A DNA stretch of 64,000 nt from Octopus vulgaris (lineage: Eukaryota), in NCBI GenBank assembly GCA_951406725.2, contig OX597816.1:75206001-75270000 (forward strand), written 5' to 3'. Shown in pieces: positions 35,832 to 49,050 of the stretch; the first letter of the stretch is position 1, and every line of letters starts with the position of its first letter. The notes under the pieces are model-generated. The model saw only the letters and a list, made by a program, of their open reading frames with translations, searched no databases and was not told where the DNA came from. Position numbers and translations under genes: made by a program.

Positions 35832-37557
35832 CATCATCATCATCATCATCATTTAATATCCACTTTCCATGCTGGCATGGGTTGGATGGTTTGGCTGAAA
35901 ACTGGGAGGCTGCACCAAGTTCCGATCTGAATTTGGCAAGGTTTCTATGGCTGGATGCCCTTCCTAACACTAACCTTTCTGAAAGTGTAGGGGGTGTTTT
36001 TATATGTGCCACCGGCATGAGTGCCAATAACTTGACACTGGCATTGGTCATGACTACAGTCTTACTTGGCTTGACAGGTATACAGAAGCACAGTATATCA
36101 CCTGTTATTGCCCCCATGAGGCCCGAAGTTCAAATGGTGCTTTTTATATGCTACCAGTACATGTGCCAGTCAGACAGGACTGGCATTGGCCATGACTGCA
36201 ATTTCAGTCAGTTCAACAGATCTTCACAAGCACAGTATATTGCCCAACAAGTCAGTTACATGACACTGGCATCGGCCACAACTACAATCTCACTTGGCTT
36301 GACATCACAGCTTGCATGAAGCCCAACGCTCGAATAATGTTTTTTACAAGCCACTGGCATGGTGCCAGTCAGACAGCACTAACATCAGCCATGACTACAA
36401 TTTCACTCAGTTTGACAGGTCTTCATAAGCACAACGATTGAAGGGTGCTTTTAATGAGCCAGTTATGTGACACTGGCACTGGTCACAACTATCATCTCAC
36501 TTGGCTTGTAGCATCAGCCATCACTACAATCTCACTTGTTGTTAAGCAACAAGACGGGTAAGGGTGATTAGGTGATGGTCTAGGGCTTAGGGGCGGGAGA
36601 CCCCAGAACTTGAAAAAAAAAAACTTTGGTCATCTTGTAGTTGAGGGCTCTTCGTTGACGCCCAACACCACTGGGAGGTGGCCCTCGAAGTCACTGGAAA
36701 TGGAGATCTCCAGGTCCAAATTCTTGAATGGCTACGATCTCACTTGGCTTCATAGGTCTTCTCAGGCAGGGCATATTTTCAAAGGTCTCAGTTGCTTGTC
36801 ATTGCCTCTGTGAGGCCAAACATTCAAAGATCGTACTTTACCACCTCATCCCATGTCTTCCTGAGTCTACCTCTTCCACAGGTTCCCTCCACCATTTGAG
36901 TGTAACACTTCTTCACACACCTGTCCTCATCCATATGCATCACATGACCATGCCAGTGCAGTCATCTCTTTTGCATACCACATCTGATGCTCCTTATATC
37001 CAACTTTTCTTTCAGGATGCTTACACTCTGTTGTGCATGCACACTAACATTACACATCCAGCGGAGCATACTAACTTCATTTCTTACAAGCCTACGCATG
37101 TCCTTAGCAGTCGCAACCCATGTTTCAGTGCTATGTAGCATGGCTGTTCATACACAGGCATCATACATTCTGCCTTTCACTCTGAGCAAGAGATCCATTG
37201 TTGCCAGCAGAGGTAGGAGTTCTCTGAACTTTGCCCAGCCTATTCTTATTCTAGCAACTACACTCTCAGAGTATCCACCCCTGCTACTGACTTGGTCACC
37301 TAGGTAATGGCTGCTATCAATTACTTCTAGTTTTTTCCCCCTGGCATGTGATGGAATCTATTTTCTGTACATTTTTGGCGTTCATTGTACTTGTGCACTT
37401 TCCACACACAAACTATCTTCCTTGCTAAACTTCCTCTGATATCGCTGTGCCTCTTATATGCCCATAGCTTACACTGATCTTATGGAGTTCCTACCTACGC
37501 CTTTTCCACAGATCAAACAGGGCCATCTGCCTAAAGATATTTGTGATTTGTCCACCA
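35832..37557 (-). mobile_element. RTE-type LINE 3' fragment, older copy
   Basis: (ATC)n tail at about 35832-35852, tandemly repetitive 3' UTR, and reverse-strand homology to the ORF end at 38753-39382. Confidence 0.88.
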
Positions 37558-37609
37558 TCTATGTATGTATGTATGTATGTATGTATATATCTATCTATCT
37601 ATCTATCTA

Positions 37610-37643
<34 letters not shown>

Positions 37644-37880
37644 CACACACACACACACACACACACCAGCATGAACAACGGACATTAAGTGATGATGATA
37701 TATATATATATATATAATGTACATATACACACACATATATGCATATATATGTACATATAAAGAAAATAAGACAAAGTAGAAAATGCTAAAATAATTTTAT
37801 CATGAAATACATTTATATATGCATGTACATATATATATATATATATAAATGATATAAATGATATATATATATATATATAT

Positions 37881-38222
37881 AAAATAGAAGTTGAAAATGC
37901 ACTGAGAATAGTTAAAATTACTTTTTATTAATATATTTAAAGCTTTAACTGGCTTTGCAGTTTACACTTATTTTCAAAAAGTTCATATAGAAATATGTGA
38001 CTTATGTCATAGCTTTCTTGCTTCTGACTACTGTTTGAAACTTGCCCTAAAAATAAGGCAAGCTTCAAACACAAGTCAGAAGCAAGACAGCTGTGACGTC
38101 AGCCACATGCTTCTATTTGAACATTTTGAAAATCATTGTAAACTGCAAAACCGGTTAAAGCTTTAAATATATTAATAAAAAGTATTTTAACTATTCTCAG
38201 TGCATTTTCAACTTATATTTTA
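37881..38222. repeat. ~340-bp imperfect palindrome with degenerate Penelope-type hammerhead motifs
   Basis: Arms aagttgaaaatgcactgagaatagttaaaa..ttttattaatatatttaaagctttaac / gttaaagctttaaatatattaataaaaag..ttttaactattctcagtgcattttcaactt. Centre cttgccc-taaaaat-aaggcaag. Confidence 0.9.
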
Positions 38223-38469
38223 GCTATATTTCTACCTGTGTGGAATAAAATAACTTTGTTTTTTAGATCATCATATATAACCCTCTGGCTGGTAACTGAT
38301 GAAGAATTGGTGACCTTCTGTGTTTTCTGTCCGTCTGTGTCTGTGTCTTTAGTATATGTTCATTTATTTGTTTTTTTAATTATATATATAGGTAGGTCAT
38401 ATTTTCTATTTGTTGTCTTTTTATTTAATCCTGGAAATATATATATATATCACCATCACCATCACCATG

Positions 38470-40050
38470 ACAAACCAGGCTATCAGATGTTGCTACACAT
38501 CGCTGGTCACAATGCGCTTCGCATTGTTTTAGCCTTCAAGTGATGCCACCCCGCTGGCTAAGTAGGAAGGTAGACAAACCATAAACCCTTTCAGGTAGAT
38601 GGCCCTGCTCAATCTGTAGAAAAGGTGTAGGTAGAAACTCTATAAGATGTACCCAGTGTAAGCTATGGACACATAAGAGGTGCAGCGATATCAAAGGAAA
38701 GCTAACTGGGAAGATAGTTTTTGTATGCTCAGGAGCAATAAACACTGTAAAGGTGCAGAGACCAAATTCCGCCACATTCCAGGGAGAAAAACTAGAAGTA
38801 GTTCATAGCTTCCGTTACCAAGGTGACCAAGTCAGTAGCGGGGGCGGGTGCGCTGAAAGTGTAGCTACTAGAATAAGAATAGCTTGGGCAAAGTTCAGGG
38901 AGCTCTTACCTCTGCTGGTGACAAAGGGCCTCTCACTCAGAGTAAAAGGTAGACTGTATGACGCTTGTGTACGAACAGCCATGCTACATGGCAGTGAAAC
39001 ATGGGCTGTGACTGCTGAGGATATGCGTAAGCTTGCAAGGAATGAAGCCAGTATGATCCGATGGATGTGTAATGTCAGTGTGCATACTCGACAGAGTGTA
39101 AGTGCCTTGAGAGAAAAGTTGGACCTAAGAAGCATTAGATGTGGTGTGCAAGAGAGACGACTGCACTGGTATGGTCATGGGGCGAGAACGGATGAGGATA
39201 GCTGTGTGAAAAAGTGCCATACCTTAATGGTTGAGGGAACCTGTGGAAGAGGTAGATCCAGGAAGACCTGGGATGAAGTGGTGAAGCACGACCTTCGAAC
39301 ATTAGGCCTCACCAAGAAAATGACTAGCGACCGAGACTTTTGGAAATATGCTGTGCTTGAGAAGACCCGGCAAGCCAGATGAGACCATAACCTGTGGCCT
39401 ATGCCAGGAGCGTAACCAGCCTGCTTATGCATACCTTTTCCTTCTTTGGTCACTAAACTCTGCTTGCGAAGACCTGTTGAGGCAAGTGAAATCAGAATCA
39501 AAATCAAATTCAATGACTGGCATCCATGCTAGTGGGGTGCAAAGAGCACCATACGAGTGTGATCGTTTGACAGAGCAGCTAACCAGCTTCCATGCCAGTG
39601 GCACATAAAAGGGTACCATTCGAGTGTGATTGTTACCAGCGTCGCCTTACTGGCACTTGTGCCCGTGCTAGTAGGGTGCCAAGAGCACCATCCGAGTGTG
39701 ATCGTTGCCAGAGCAGCTAACTGGCTTCCATGCCGGTGGCACATAAAAGGGTACCATTTGAGCGTGATCATTACCAACATCACCTTACTGGCACCTGTGC
39801 TGGTGGCATGTGTAAAAAGATTCGAGCGAGGTCATTGCCAGTACCGCATTACTGGACCCCGTGCCGGTGGCACGTAAAAAGCACCCACTACACTCTCGGA
39901 GTTGTTGGCATTAGGAAGGGCATCCAGCTGTAGAAACTCTGCCAGATCAAGATTGGAGCCTGGTGCAGCCATCTGGTTCGCCAGCCCTCAGTTAAAATCG
40001 TCCAACCCATGCTAGCATGGAAAGTGGACGTTAAATGATGATGATGATGA
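38470..40050 (+). mobile_element. RTE-type LINE, internally deleted (structured leader plus ORF C-terminus plus 3' UTR and (ATG)n tail)
   Basis: ORF 38753-39382: LEVVHSFRYQGDQV..RIRIAWAKFRELLPLL..KGRLYDACVRTAMLHGSETWA..RRLHWYGH..GRGRSRKTW, an RTE post-RT region. Upstream CTQCKLWTHKRCS zinc-finger-like piece. Confidence 0.92.
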
Positions 40051-40657
40051 TATATACATATATATATGTAAATACATACATATATATATATGTGTATATA
40101 CATATATATATATGTATGTATATACATACACACACACACACACATACATATATATATATGTTGTGTATATATGTATATATGTTGTCTTCAATTTTGTTTT
40201 TTTGTGAATTCTCCCTTTACAAACATGTATGTTTGTATGTATGTATGTATGTATCCATCCATCCATCTGGAGCTCCCGATCCAGATAAATCCATGTGAGT
40301 TAAGTTCATATCATCAGTATGGAAAATTGAAATGTGTGTGCATAATTCACTTTTTCTGAACCAGAATATTTCCTCATATGTAATGGTTTTGTGGAGTTGC
40401 TGTTGTTAACCAAACATACTGATTAGTGAGTCTAAAATGAAGTGATATGCTGCTTGATGCATTTATTATGTGAACCAGGTTATACAAAACAAGCAGTTCA
40501 CTTCACTGAGCATTTTCATTTGTGCCATTCTGATAAAAAAAATAAATAATAAATAAAGCAAGTGAAAACAAGATTTTAGTGATATTAAGTTAATTATTCT
40601 AATGATTTGCATACATATGTATGTGTGTGTGTGTGTGTGTATACATACATACATATA

Positions 40658-40695
<38 letters not shown>

Positions 40696-40739
40696 CATAC
40701 ACACACACACTCACACATATGTGTATATGTGTGTGTGTG

Positions 40740-40771
<32 letters not shown>

Positions 40772-42519
40772 TATATACAGAAGATCACGAAGATATGCTT
40801 TAATATAGATGTACAACACTGGTTTATGCAAGTACATGCATGCAATCACATGTGTGCACACACACATGTACACACAGCAATGTTTTGTTTCTTCATGTCA
40901 GCATATAAATTAGCAATTTGGTAAATATAATTCAATGAAACAAAGAAACAAATAGAGGACTGAAATTAGTAGGAGATGGTGGCATTAATGTGATAGACTA
41001 AAACCTTTGATGGCAAATGCCCCCACCCCCCACCCCCAACAGCATGGTCACAGTCCAATGACTGCAACCAGTGAGAATAAAACAAAAGCATAAAAGTGCA
41101 ACTTCCTCCTAACACCCATTGAAAGTTGATCTCCTTTTAAAATCATATTCTGTTTAACTATACAACTTTTTAACAGTCTTTTATACTTCTGTTTACTTTT
41201 ATTCAAAACCTCACATTTAACCTTACATTTTGTTTCACATGACTTATAATACTATTTCAGTCTGTTCTATTCCAGCCATCTTAGTTCCACTGCTTATTTT
41301 CAAGTCTGCCTGCCTCAATGAAGAAAGCTATTCTTTCTTGTTTGAAGTGGTATGCTGGTTGCATTCATTACTCAAATTGGGTTATAAAAAACATGCAGTT
41401 CACTAGGTCTTTTCATTTGCCATACTTATAAATAAAGATAAGATAAAATTAGGTTTTAATGATATTAACCTACATCAGAACTTGCCACTGTTTTCTATAT
41501 TCCAATCCATCTTTCACTCCATCTTTTCTAGTTATCTATCTGTCTTTTTTTTAATTCCTACTTTTATCTTTCCATTTTTCTATCAGCTTTGCATTTTTGC
41601 ATTTTGCTTTTTTTATATCTTCTTAAATTGAAGAATTTAGACATGCATCAGTCTGAAGCAGCAGGGTGCTAGGTTACCAACTGAAGGACTTATTGTTGTG
41701 TTGATGTGCTACATTAAATGCCAAAACTCTTATATTTTCAGAAATTTACTCTGCCTGACTGTAAACAGAGGAGGAAGAGCAGTACCCATGAGTCCTTTCT
41801 AGGTCTCTGGGTGGAAGGAAGGGAGACTTGGCTCCAATGCTTATAACATCGAAATCTACTAATGGCAATCAATGGCCAGGTGATGGTGATAAACAAGGTG
41901 ATGGATTAAATCAAATTCCCAAGAGCAAAAACTATCCTTTCAACAGGTTTCCACACAATTTCCATCAAACAAATTTCACCCACAAGACTTTGCTTGACCT
42001 GTATCACTGGCAGAAGACGACACACAGTGGGATTGAATGCAAAACTGCATAGTTGAGAAGTGAACTTCTTAATCACATCATCAACTTTGATTAATTTAAA
42101 TGTTCTGAATTAATGACAGTAGGAAAAGTTCAGAAACAGTTTATCAGATATTAATTAACAGACATATAAGTAAAATGGCCATGTTGTTAAAGTAGTTACA
42201 AGACACTTCATGAGATTTGAGTTTAAACATCTAAGAATAAGAATATTTAGGTCAGGGATAGTTAAGCTATGGCACAAAGGAATATTTTATTGTTGTATGA
42301 GAAATACATATCCTTTGTTAGTGATTTTGTATGAGTTTAAACTGCAACCTTTAATTTATCACACTGTCACTTAAGGACTGGATGAATGAGGTATGGGTTC
42401 TATGGTACTTAACTTCAAAACAATAATAAGTCTGAAAAAAAGAAAGAAAAATATTTGAAACTTGCTGAGAGCCACTGAAACCTGCTGAGAGCCACTTTAA
42501 CCTGCTGAGATCCACTGAA

Positions 42520-43495
42520 CCTGCTGAGAGTCACTGACCAGATCTGTGGTTGGTGCAAAGTCCCCTCCCAACCCAAAATAACATGGTGGTGGAACAATGC
42601 TGTTGACAGGGCTATTAGAGAAAAGAGACAGGCTTGGAAGGACTGGAAGAATGGTGGTAGCAGGGAATTGTATCAGACTACCAAAAGAGAAGCTAGGAGA
42701 CAGGTTTATTTAGCCAGAAGGGAAGCAGATAAGAAAAAATTTGCCAATGTTCTGCACCATGAGGACCAAAGACTTGAGGTATTCCGTGTTGCAAGACAGT
42801 GTGAGAGAGAATCGTGATGTGGTAGGAGAGAAATGTGTTCGCATGGATGATGGTTCTTTTGCGCTGAATGAGGATGCAAAGAGAGAGGTTTGGAGACACC
42901 ATTATGAAAGGCTGCTAAATAAGGAAAATGAATGGGATAAAGAGAGTTTACCGAATGCTGACCCAACAGAGGGACCAGCTATCCGAGTTGACAGTTCCTT
43001 AGTAGTTAAGGCAATTAGAAGCATAAAGACAGGGAAAGCCCCAGGCCCATCAGGAATTACTGCAGAGATGCTTAAAATATCTGGTAGTGTCGGCTATAGC
43101 TTAGTCACCCGTATAGTTAACCAGGTGATACACGAAGGAGTCATACCCAATGACTGGTGTAGCAGCATAATAGTCAACTGCTACAAAGGTAAAGGTGACG
43201 CTTTAGATACAAATAATTACAGAAGTATCAAACTGTTGGATCAGGTAATGAAGGTTACGGAGAGGGTCATAGCCCAACTGATTAGGGAGAGAGTCAGCTT
43301 GGATGAGATGCAGTTTGGTTTCGTGCCAGGGAAAAGCACCACTGATGCCATATTTCTGGTGAGACAACTGCAGGAGAAATACCTAGCCAAAGATAAGCCC
43401 CTGTACCTGGCTTTCGTTGACATGGAGAGAGCTTTTGACAGCCCCCCCCCCCCCCCGATCCCTTATCTGGTGGTCAATGAGGAAACTAGGGATAA
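42520..43495 (+). mobile_element. RTE-type LINE reverse transcriptase fragment
   Basis: KAPGPSGITAEMLK, IPNDWCSSIIVNCYKGKGDALDTNNYRSIKLL, QFGFVPGKSTTDAIFLVRQLQEKYL, LAFVDMERAFD. Truncated after RT motif 3. Confidence 0.95.
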
Positions 43496-43828
43496 TAAAT
43501 TTAAAAGATGAGAACTGTAAAGAATGATAAATTTGAACTGGCATTCTTTGCTGTAATATTTTAAGTAAAAAGTTTCTTATTCTTTACTTTACTTGAAGTA
43601 ATAGTTTGTCCTTTATTTTTCATTGTTTATAATCTTAAGAATATTACTTTTCATGCTTGCATTTTTCCATGTAATTACTTTTGTGCCCTAAGTTTATTGA
43701 TATTGTCTGTAATTGACATTATATCATCAAAGAATTGACCCTGTAATTAGTTAAATCTGTTATTTGGTTGTATTGCTTTCAAGGACATTGGTAGACAGGG
43801 TACCCTGATCCAGTATTTCCTCATTTTT

Positions 43829-43912
43829 ATAGTATCTTTGTAAGGAAATGTATTAAAATAGTATCTTTGTAAGGAAATGTATTAAAATAGTATCTTTGTA
43901 AGGAAATGTATT
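43829..43912. repeat. 29-bp minisatellite, about 3 copies
   Basis: atagtatctttgtaaggaaatgtattaaa at 43829, 43858 and 43887. Confidence 0.95.
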
Positions 43913-44874
43913 TACAAAATAAAGTATTTTTTTCATATTTTATTTACTTTTTTTTAGGCTTACAAAGATGTAGTTCAGATACTTAATAATCTTTTGAATT
44001 TTTTGAGATTACAAAGAGAAATACTTAAAAATTGAAAGCAATTGATAATATTATTTAGACAATTATTATAAATGATGTGGTATGTGTTTTGCTCCAGAAA
44101 GCCATAACCAGATACATAAACTAAAAGCAAGTTTATTGCCACTTGGCAATAATTTCAAAGCTAAAGCCTAAACCCCTTAATGGTTTGTGAGGGAGATGCT
44201 TGTCTTTGATGTTGCTGCCTCAAATCATCAGGTCAGCAGACAGGTCATATTTATATTTGGATCAAGTCATCATTTCTGGAAGTAGTCGCTTGATGTTTAT
44301 TTCATCTTCTATCTTCACTACAGGAGGATACTAGAGAGGATACTACAATCTTCTGTTCACAAGAGATTACAAATGTGTTTTTATCTTCAGCTGCGACTAA
44401 CTTCTAAACATTCACAAATGTGAGCGACTGAGTAATGAAGTTCTATGATTGATTAATGAGTGAACAAGTGTGTCTCTGATTGGTTGAAAAATTTGTTTGG
44501 TGGATAATGGAAGTCAACACTTTGTCAGATAATACACTCTATAGAATCTTGTTTTAACTTTGTAAACAATTGCAGCTGCTGAGAAGATAATTTGATGCAC
44601 AAAGAATAATTTATATCTTTTTTTTTTATTATTTGTTTCAGTCATTAAACTGTGGTCATGCTGGGGCACCACCTTGAATTTTTTAGTTGAATGACTTGAC
44701 CCCAGTACTTCTTTTTTTCAGCCTGGTACTTATTCTGTTGGTTGCTTTTGTTGAATTGCTAGGTTACTGAGATGCAAACACACCAACACTGGTTGTCAGG
44801 TGGTGGTAGTGGTGGTGGTGGTGGTGGTGATATAGGCAGAGACAGAAAGATACACACGCATAGATATACATACA

Positions 44875-44904
<30 letters not shown>

Positions 44905-44905
<1 letters not shown>

Positions 44906-45780
44906 TTAGGGGGTAGTGAATAAACTGCTGTCTAAATTACGCAAAAAGAAAATAATACTGACATCTGATTTTAATAGATGTATTTACCAAAATCATTTAA
45001 AAATATCTAGAAAAACTAAAGAGTAAATTTATTCAATAAAATCGCCATTGACTTCAATCACAGCCTCCTGATGACTTTGGAATATCCTGCAACTCTTCTG
45101 GATGGTCCCCTTGTTTAAGTTGGTGAATGCTGCCATAATCCTTGCTTTCAGTTCACTTTTGGTGTTACAAGGAGTTATGTTGATCTCTCATTCAACTGTG
45201 CCCCACATGTAATAATTAAGGGGTTGCAATTTGGGGAGCTTAGATAGCCTGATGTTAGGGGTGATGTGATTGTAGAAATTGTCTGACAGCCCTGATTGGG
45301 TTCTCCTGCTTGTGTAACATGGTGCAGAGTCCTGTTGCCAGACATAGGGTCTTCCAGCAGCCACCCTCTTGACCCAGGGCAGCACTACCTCTTCCAGGCA
45401 CTTGATATAGGCCTCGGTGTTGAATCTGAGGCCATGGAGGCATAACGTCACTATAACTAATGATCACTCCAAACATCATGATGTTGACTGGATGTTTGAT
45501 TTTTATCACTCTCAGTACATCTCGAATTGCCCTGTTCTCAGATTGACACCCAAACACTCTGAAATGTTCATATTGGAACTTCCAGCATGAATGCCAAGCA
45601 GTACAGCATGTCGTTTCCAAATTTCTGGCAGAGAGAATTGTGTCATGGTGCTGTTTTTCTCACAGATGGTGCCCAACTGACCCTGCTATACTGTGTAGTT
45701 GACAAAATCAAAAACAAACAATATGTATGTGTGAAATTAAAAATATCAAATGGCAACAATTTACCCATCGCATCCTATAT
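44905..45780 (-). mobile_element. Internally deleted Tc1/mariner-superfamily element
   Basis: KHPVNIMMFGVI, AYIKCLEEVVLPWVKRVAAGRPYVWQQDSAPCYTSRRTQ, PLNYYMWG. Its 5' part is repeated in inverted orientation at about 46300-46550. Confidence 0.85.
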
Positions 45781-45914
45781 ATCTGATCTAGCTGTAGAAA
45801 CACTGCCTGATCAGATTGGAGCTTGGTGCAGCCTCCTGACTTGCCAGTCCCCAGTCAAACCGTCTAACTCACGCCAGCATGGAAAACAGACATTAAACGA
45901 TGATGATGATGATA

Positions 45915-45971
45915 ATATATATATATATATATATACATACATACATATATATATATATACATACATACATG

Positions 45972-46061
<90 letters not shown>

Positions 46062-46076
46062 CATATATATATATAT
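45915..46076. repeat. (AT)n/(ATAC)n microsatellite, representative of many
   Basis: Other long tracts: (AT)/(AG) 20692-20788, compound 37560-37665, 40050-40260 and 40615-40778, (GT)n 46568-46650, (AG)n 60510-60582, (AT)/(GT) 63690-64000. Confidence 0.98.
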
Positions 46077-46571
46077 CAAAATAAGCAACAGGATCTCAAG
46101 TAGTGATGCAGTGTGACCGTTTCAAGGAGCTCCATTTAATTGAATAATGCAATCATTACATCAATTTAAATGCAGTGCCATCTTCAGCTGCACAAATAAA
46201 TAAACAGAATTTTAACCAGTCGGACACATTAATATAATTTTTCTCAGATATTTTAACAGAGCAAGAAGATGGAAGATATTGATGTTGTCACTATTGTAGC
46301 TATTGTACAATGGGCAAATTGTCACCATTTTATATTTTTAATTTCACGCATGTATATTGTTTGTTTTTGATTTTATCAACTACACAGTATAGCAGGGTCA
46401 GTTGGGCACCATCTGTGAGAAAACAGCACCATGATGCAATTCACTCTGCCTGAAATTTGGAAACAACATGCTGTACTGCTTGGCATTCATGCTCGAAGCT
46501 CCAATAGGAACATTTCAGAGTGGTTGGGTGTCAGTCTGAGGACAGTGCAATCTGAGGAGATGTACTTGTGT

Positions 46572-46651
<80 letters not shown>

Positions 46652-48103
46652 ATATATGACAGGCTGCTTTCTGTTTCGGTTTACCAGATCTACTCACAAG
46701 GCCTGAGGCTATAGTAGAAAACATTTGCCCAATGTGCCATGCAGTAGAACTGAACCTGGAAGCATGTGGTTGTGAAGCAAGCTTCTAACCACACAGCCAA
46801 TTTCCTTTGTAAATTCTATAGCCTTTTACAGTAAACATGCCTTAATTTCTCTTCAAATATCTGTATGTTGTTCTGTGTATTATTATAGCCAGGCCTGCCT
46901 TATATCAGGTAATTATAAAGTTTATGTACTATATAAAAATTATGAACTACTCATGGCCTGAAACTCTCTGTGGGTCAGTTATTCATCAATTATAGGTGAT
47001 AATTATGTGTTGCAAATTGCCACTTGAAAACTATGTAAGCGAGTATGTGCAATTACAATAAATTAACTCATTGTAGTGAATTATGGGTGGAATGTTACAG
47101 TAAGTGAGACATTTTAAAATTGTATTTACCTATTTAGCTTCTTCAGGATGTCAGCTCAACCAGCCATCATCAACAAAAACATTCAAATAAAAGCAGCAGC
47201 AGAAGAGCTTTACAAGAAATATGGTGTGAAAATTTAGTATGATTAAAAATGCGATAAAAAGCATATACAGTAATGTGCAGATGTGCAGGACTTCCTCTTT
47301 AAAGCAACATTACAAAACTGATTCAAGATGAGTTGAACAAAGCACTGAAAGCTAATTAAACTCAACAAGGGACAACATGGTTACTAGGACCTGCTAGAAA
47401 TAACCACCAAATTGCTTTCAAATTCATACCTATTTCTTTACTACCCATGAGGGGCTAAACACAGAGAGGACAAACAAGGACAGACAAAGGGATTAAGTCG
47501 ATTATATCGACCCCAGTGTGTAACTGGTACTTATTTAATTGACTCCGAAAGGATGAAAGGCAAAGTCAACCTACCCTACCATCTTGCACCAAACAAGGAG
47601 CCTTTATATGGTCACTTGATCTATTAGAAATCAGAACTAAATCCCCTTCAAATTACACCCCACTACCCTGAACCAATGAGAGAGAGACTTTACATCAATA
47701 GTTGTCAACCTTTTGTAGCTTAGTTCCCTTTTCACTGAATGGTTTTTTTACAAATGCCCTCTTCCCCAGAGAGCATTCTATCCAATGCCCTACTCGTGTT
47801 TTAACCTTGATAAGAAGTTTTGAAAAATGTGTTTAAAATATAAGTATTGTACTTGCATAGATACTTTATTTCCATGAAAAATCCCAATTCTCCAAACATC
47901 CACATTTGCCATCCCACATTGTGAACTCACATGCTCACAGAAGGGTGCTACTGCCCATGTTAAAAATCACTGTTACTTGACTTGCTAAAAACAGCAACCA
48001 CATCACACACAATATGTTAAGAAACAGATTAATACGTTTGATAATGAAGATTTACACTAAGTCTGACAAAAAAATGAGATGGCCATAACTTGAATGTTTA
48101 GAT

Positions 48104-48250
48104 CAGTCATGGACAACCTGAGAGCCATGGGGCTTTCTGGATGGCATGCCTAATGAATAATTTACCTTGGATTATTTTAGTAGTGTGGACCACTTAATGA
48201 TAAGCTTTGTCTCATGCAGCCTGCTTCTCAAAATGGGTTGCCTATGCTTG
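48104..48250. mobile_element. Short hAT-like MITE
   Basis: Ends cagtcatggacaacc / ggttgcctatgcttg. 8-bp TSD gtttagat (48096-48103) / gtttagac (48251-48258). Confidence 0.65.
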
Positions 48251-49002
48251 GTTTAGACCATAATTCTGTTCAATAAGAGCACATCAAGATAGCTTGAATC
48301 AACTCTAATAATAGTTGAAGTAGCATTCTATTTCATTTCAGTGTAAGCATCTTATAAAATAAATGATTTTTCTAAAATTAAACACAAATGCAGGTTAGAC
48401 AATAAAGCTCTGATGAAAAGTAGGCTCTTCTTGGTGTAGGTCTATGTTTTGTTTAAGAAAAGGGATATACTTGAAGTGGATTTGGCAGCTATATTGACCA
48501 AGTAGTGAGACAACATAAAAGCTTGAATCAACAAGGGAACCTCTATGTGGTTCCTTAACCTGCTAGAAATAATTGCCAAATCTTTCTCAGATCATACCCA
48601 AATATCTCATAAAAGAACACATTGGACAATGCAATCCTAGGCACATTACATCTTCTACAAATGAGGATGGTCTCGAATGGAATGTCTATAAGCAAAGGTT
48701 TTCTGAATCAGGGGTGACCTGGCAGAGACAATAACAATAACAAGAGCTAAACAAAAGTACTGCTGCTCCTAGCTCACATTTGACTGGCAGCCAAATTCAA
48801 GAAGTTACAGTCAATGGGAGTGGGAGAAAATCAATAGATCAACATATTGTACAATGTAGTAACATAATTTATTTACAAAAGAATGTGTAATGGGGAAAAT
48901 AGAAGTTCTTATCCATAATGACTATTTTAACCTGTCCTGCATAAAGAAAGAATGAGACATTTATTTATATGTATGTATGTGTGGATGTATGGATGAATGA
49001 GC

Positions 49003-49050
<48 letters not shown>

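Noticed and set aside
35690-36319. 209-aa + strand ORF
   Set aside because: Reads through a microsatellite and the antisense RTE 3' UTR. Spurious.
40012-40924. Multiple YI/HT/CV-rich ORFs (also at 45.8-46.1, 54.2-55.0 and 63.2-63.9 kb)
   Set aside because: Translations of (AT)n/(AC)n microsatellites.
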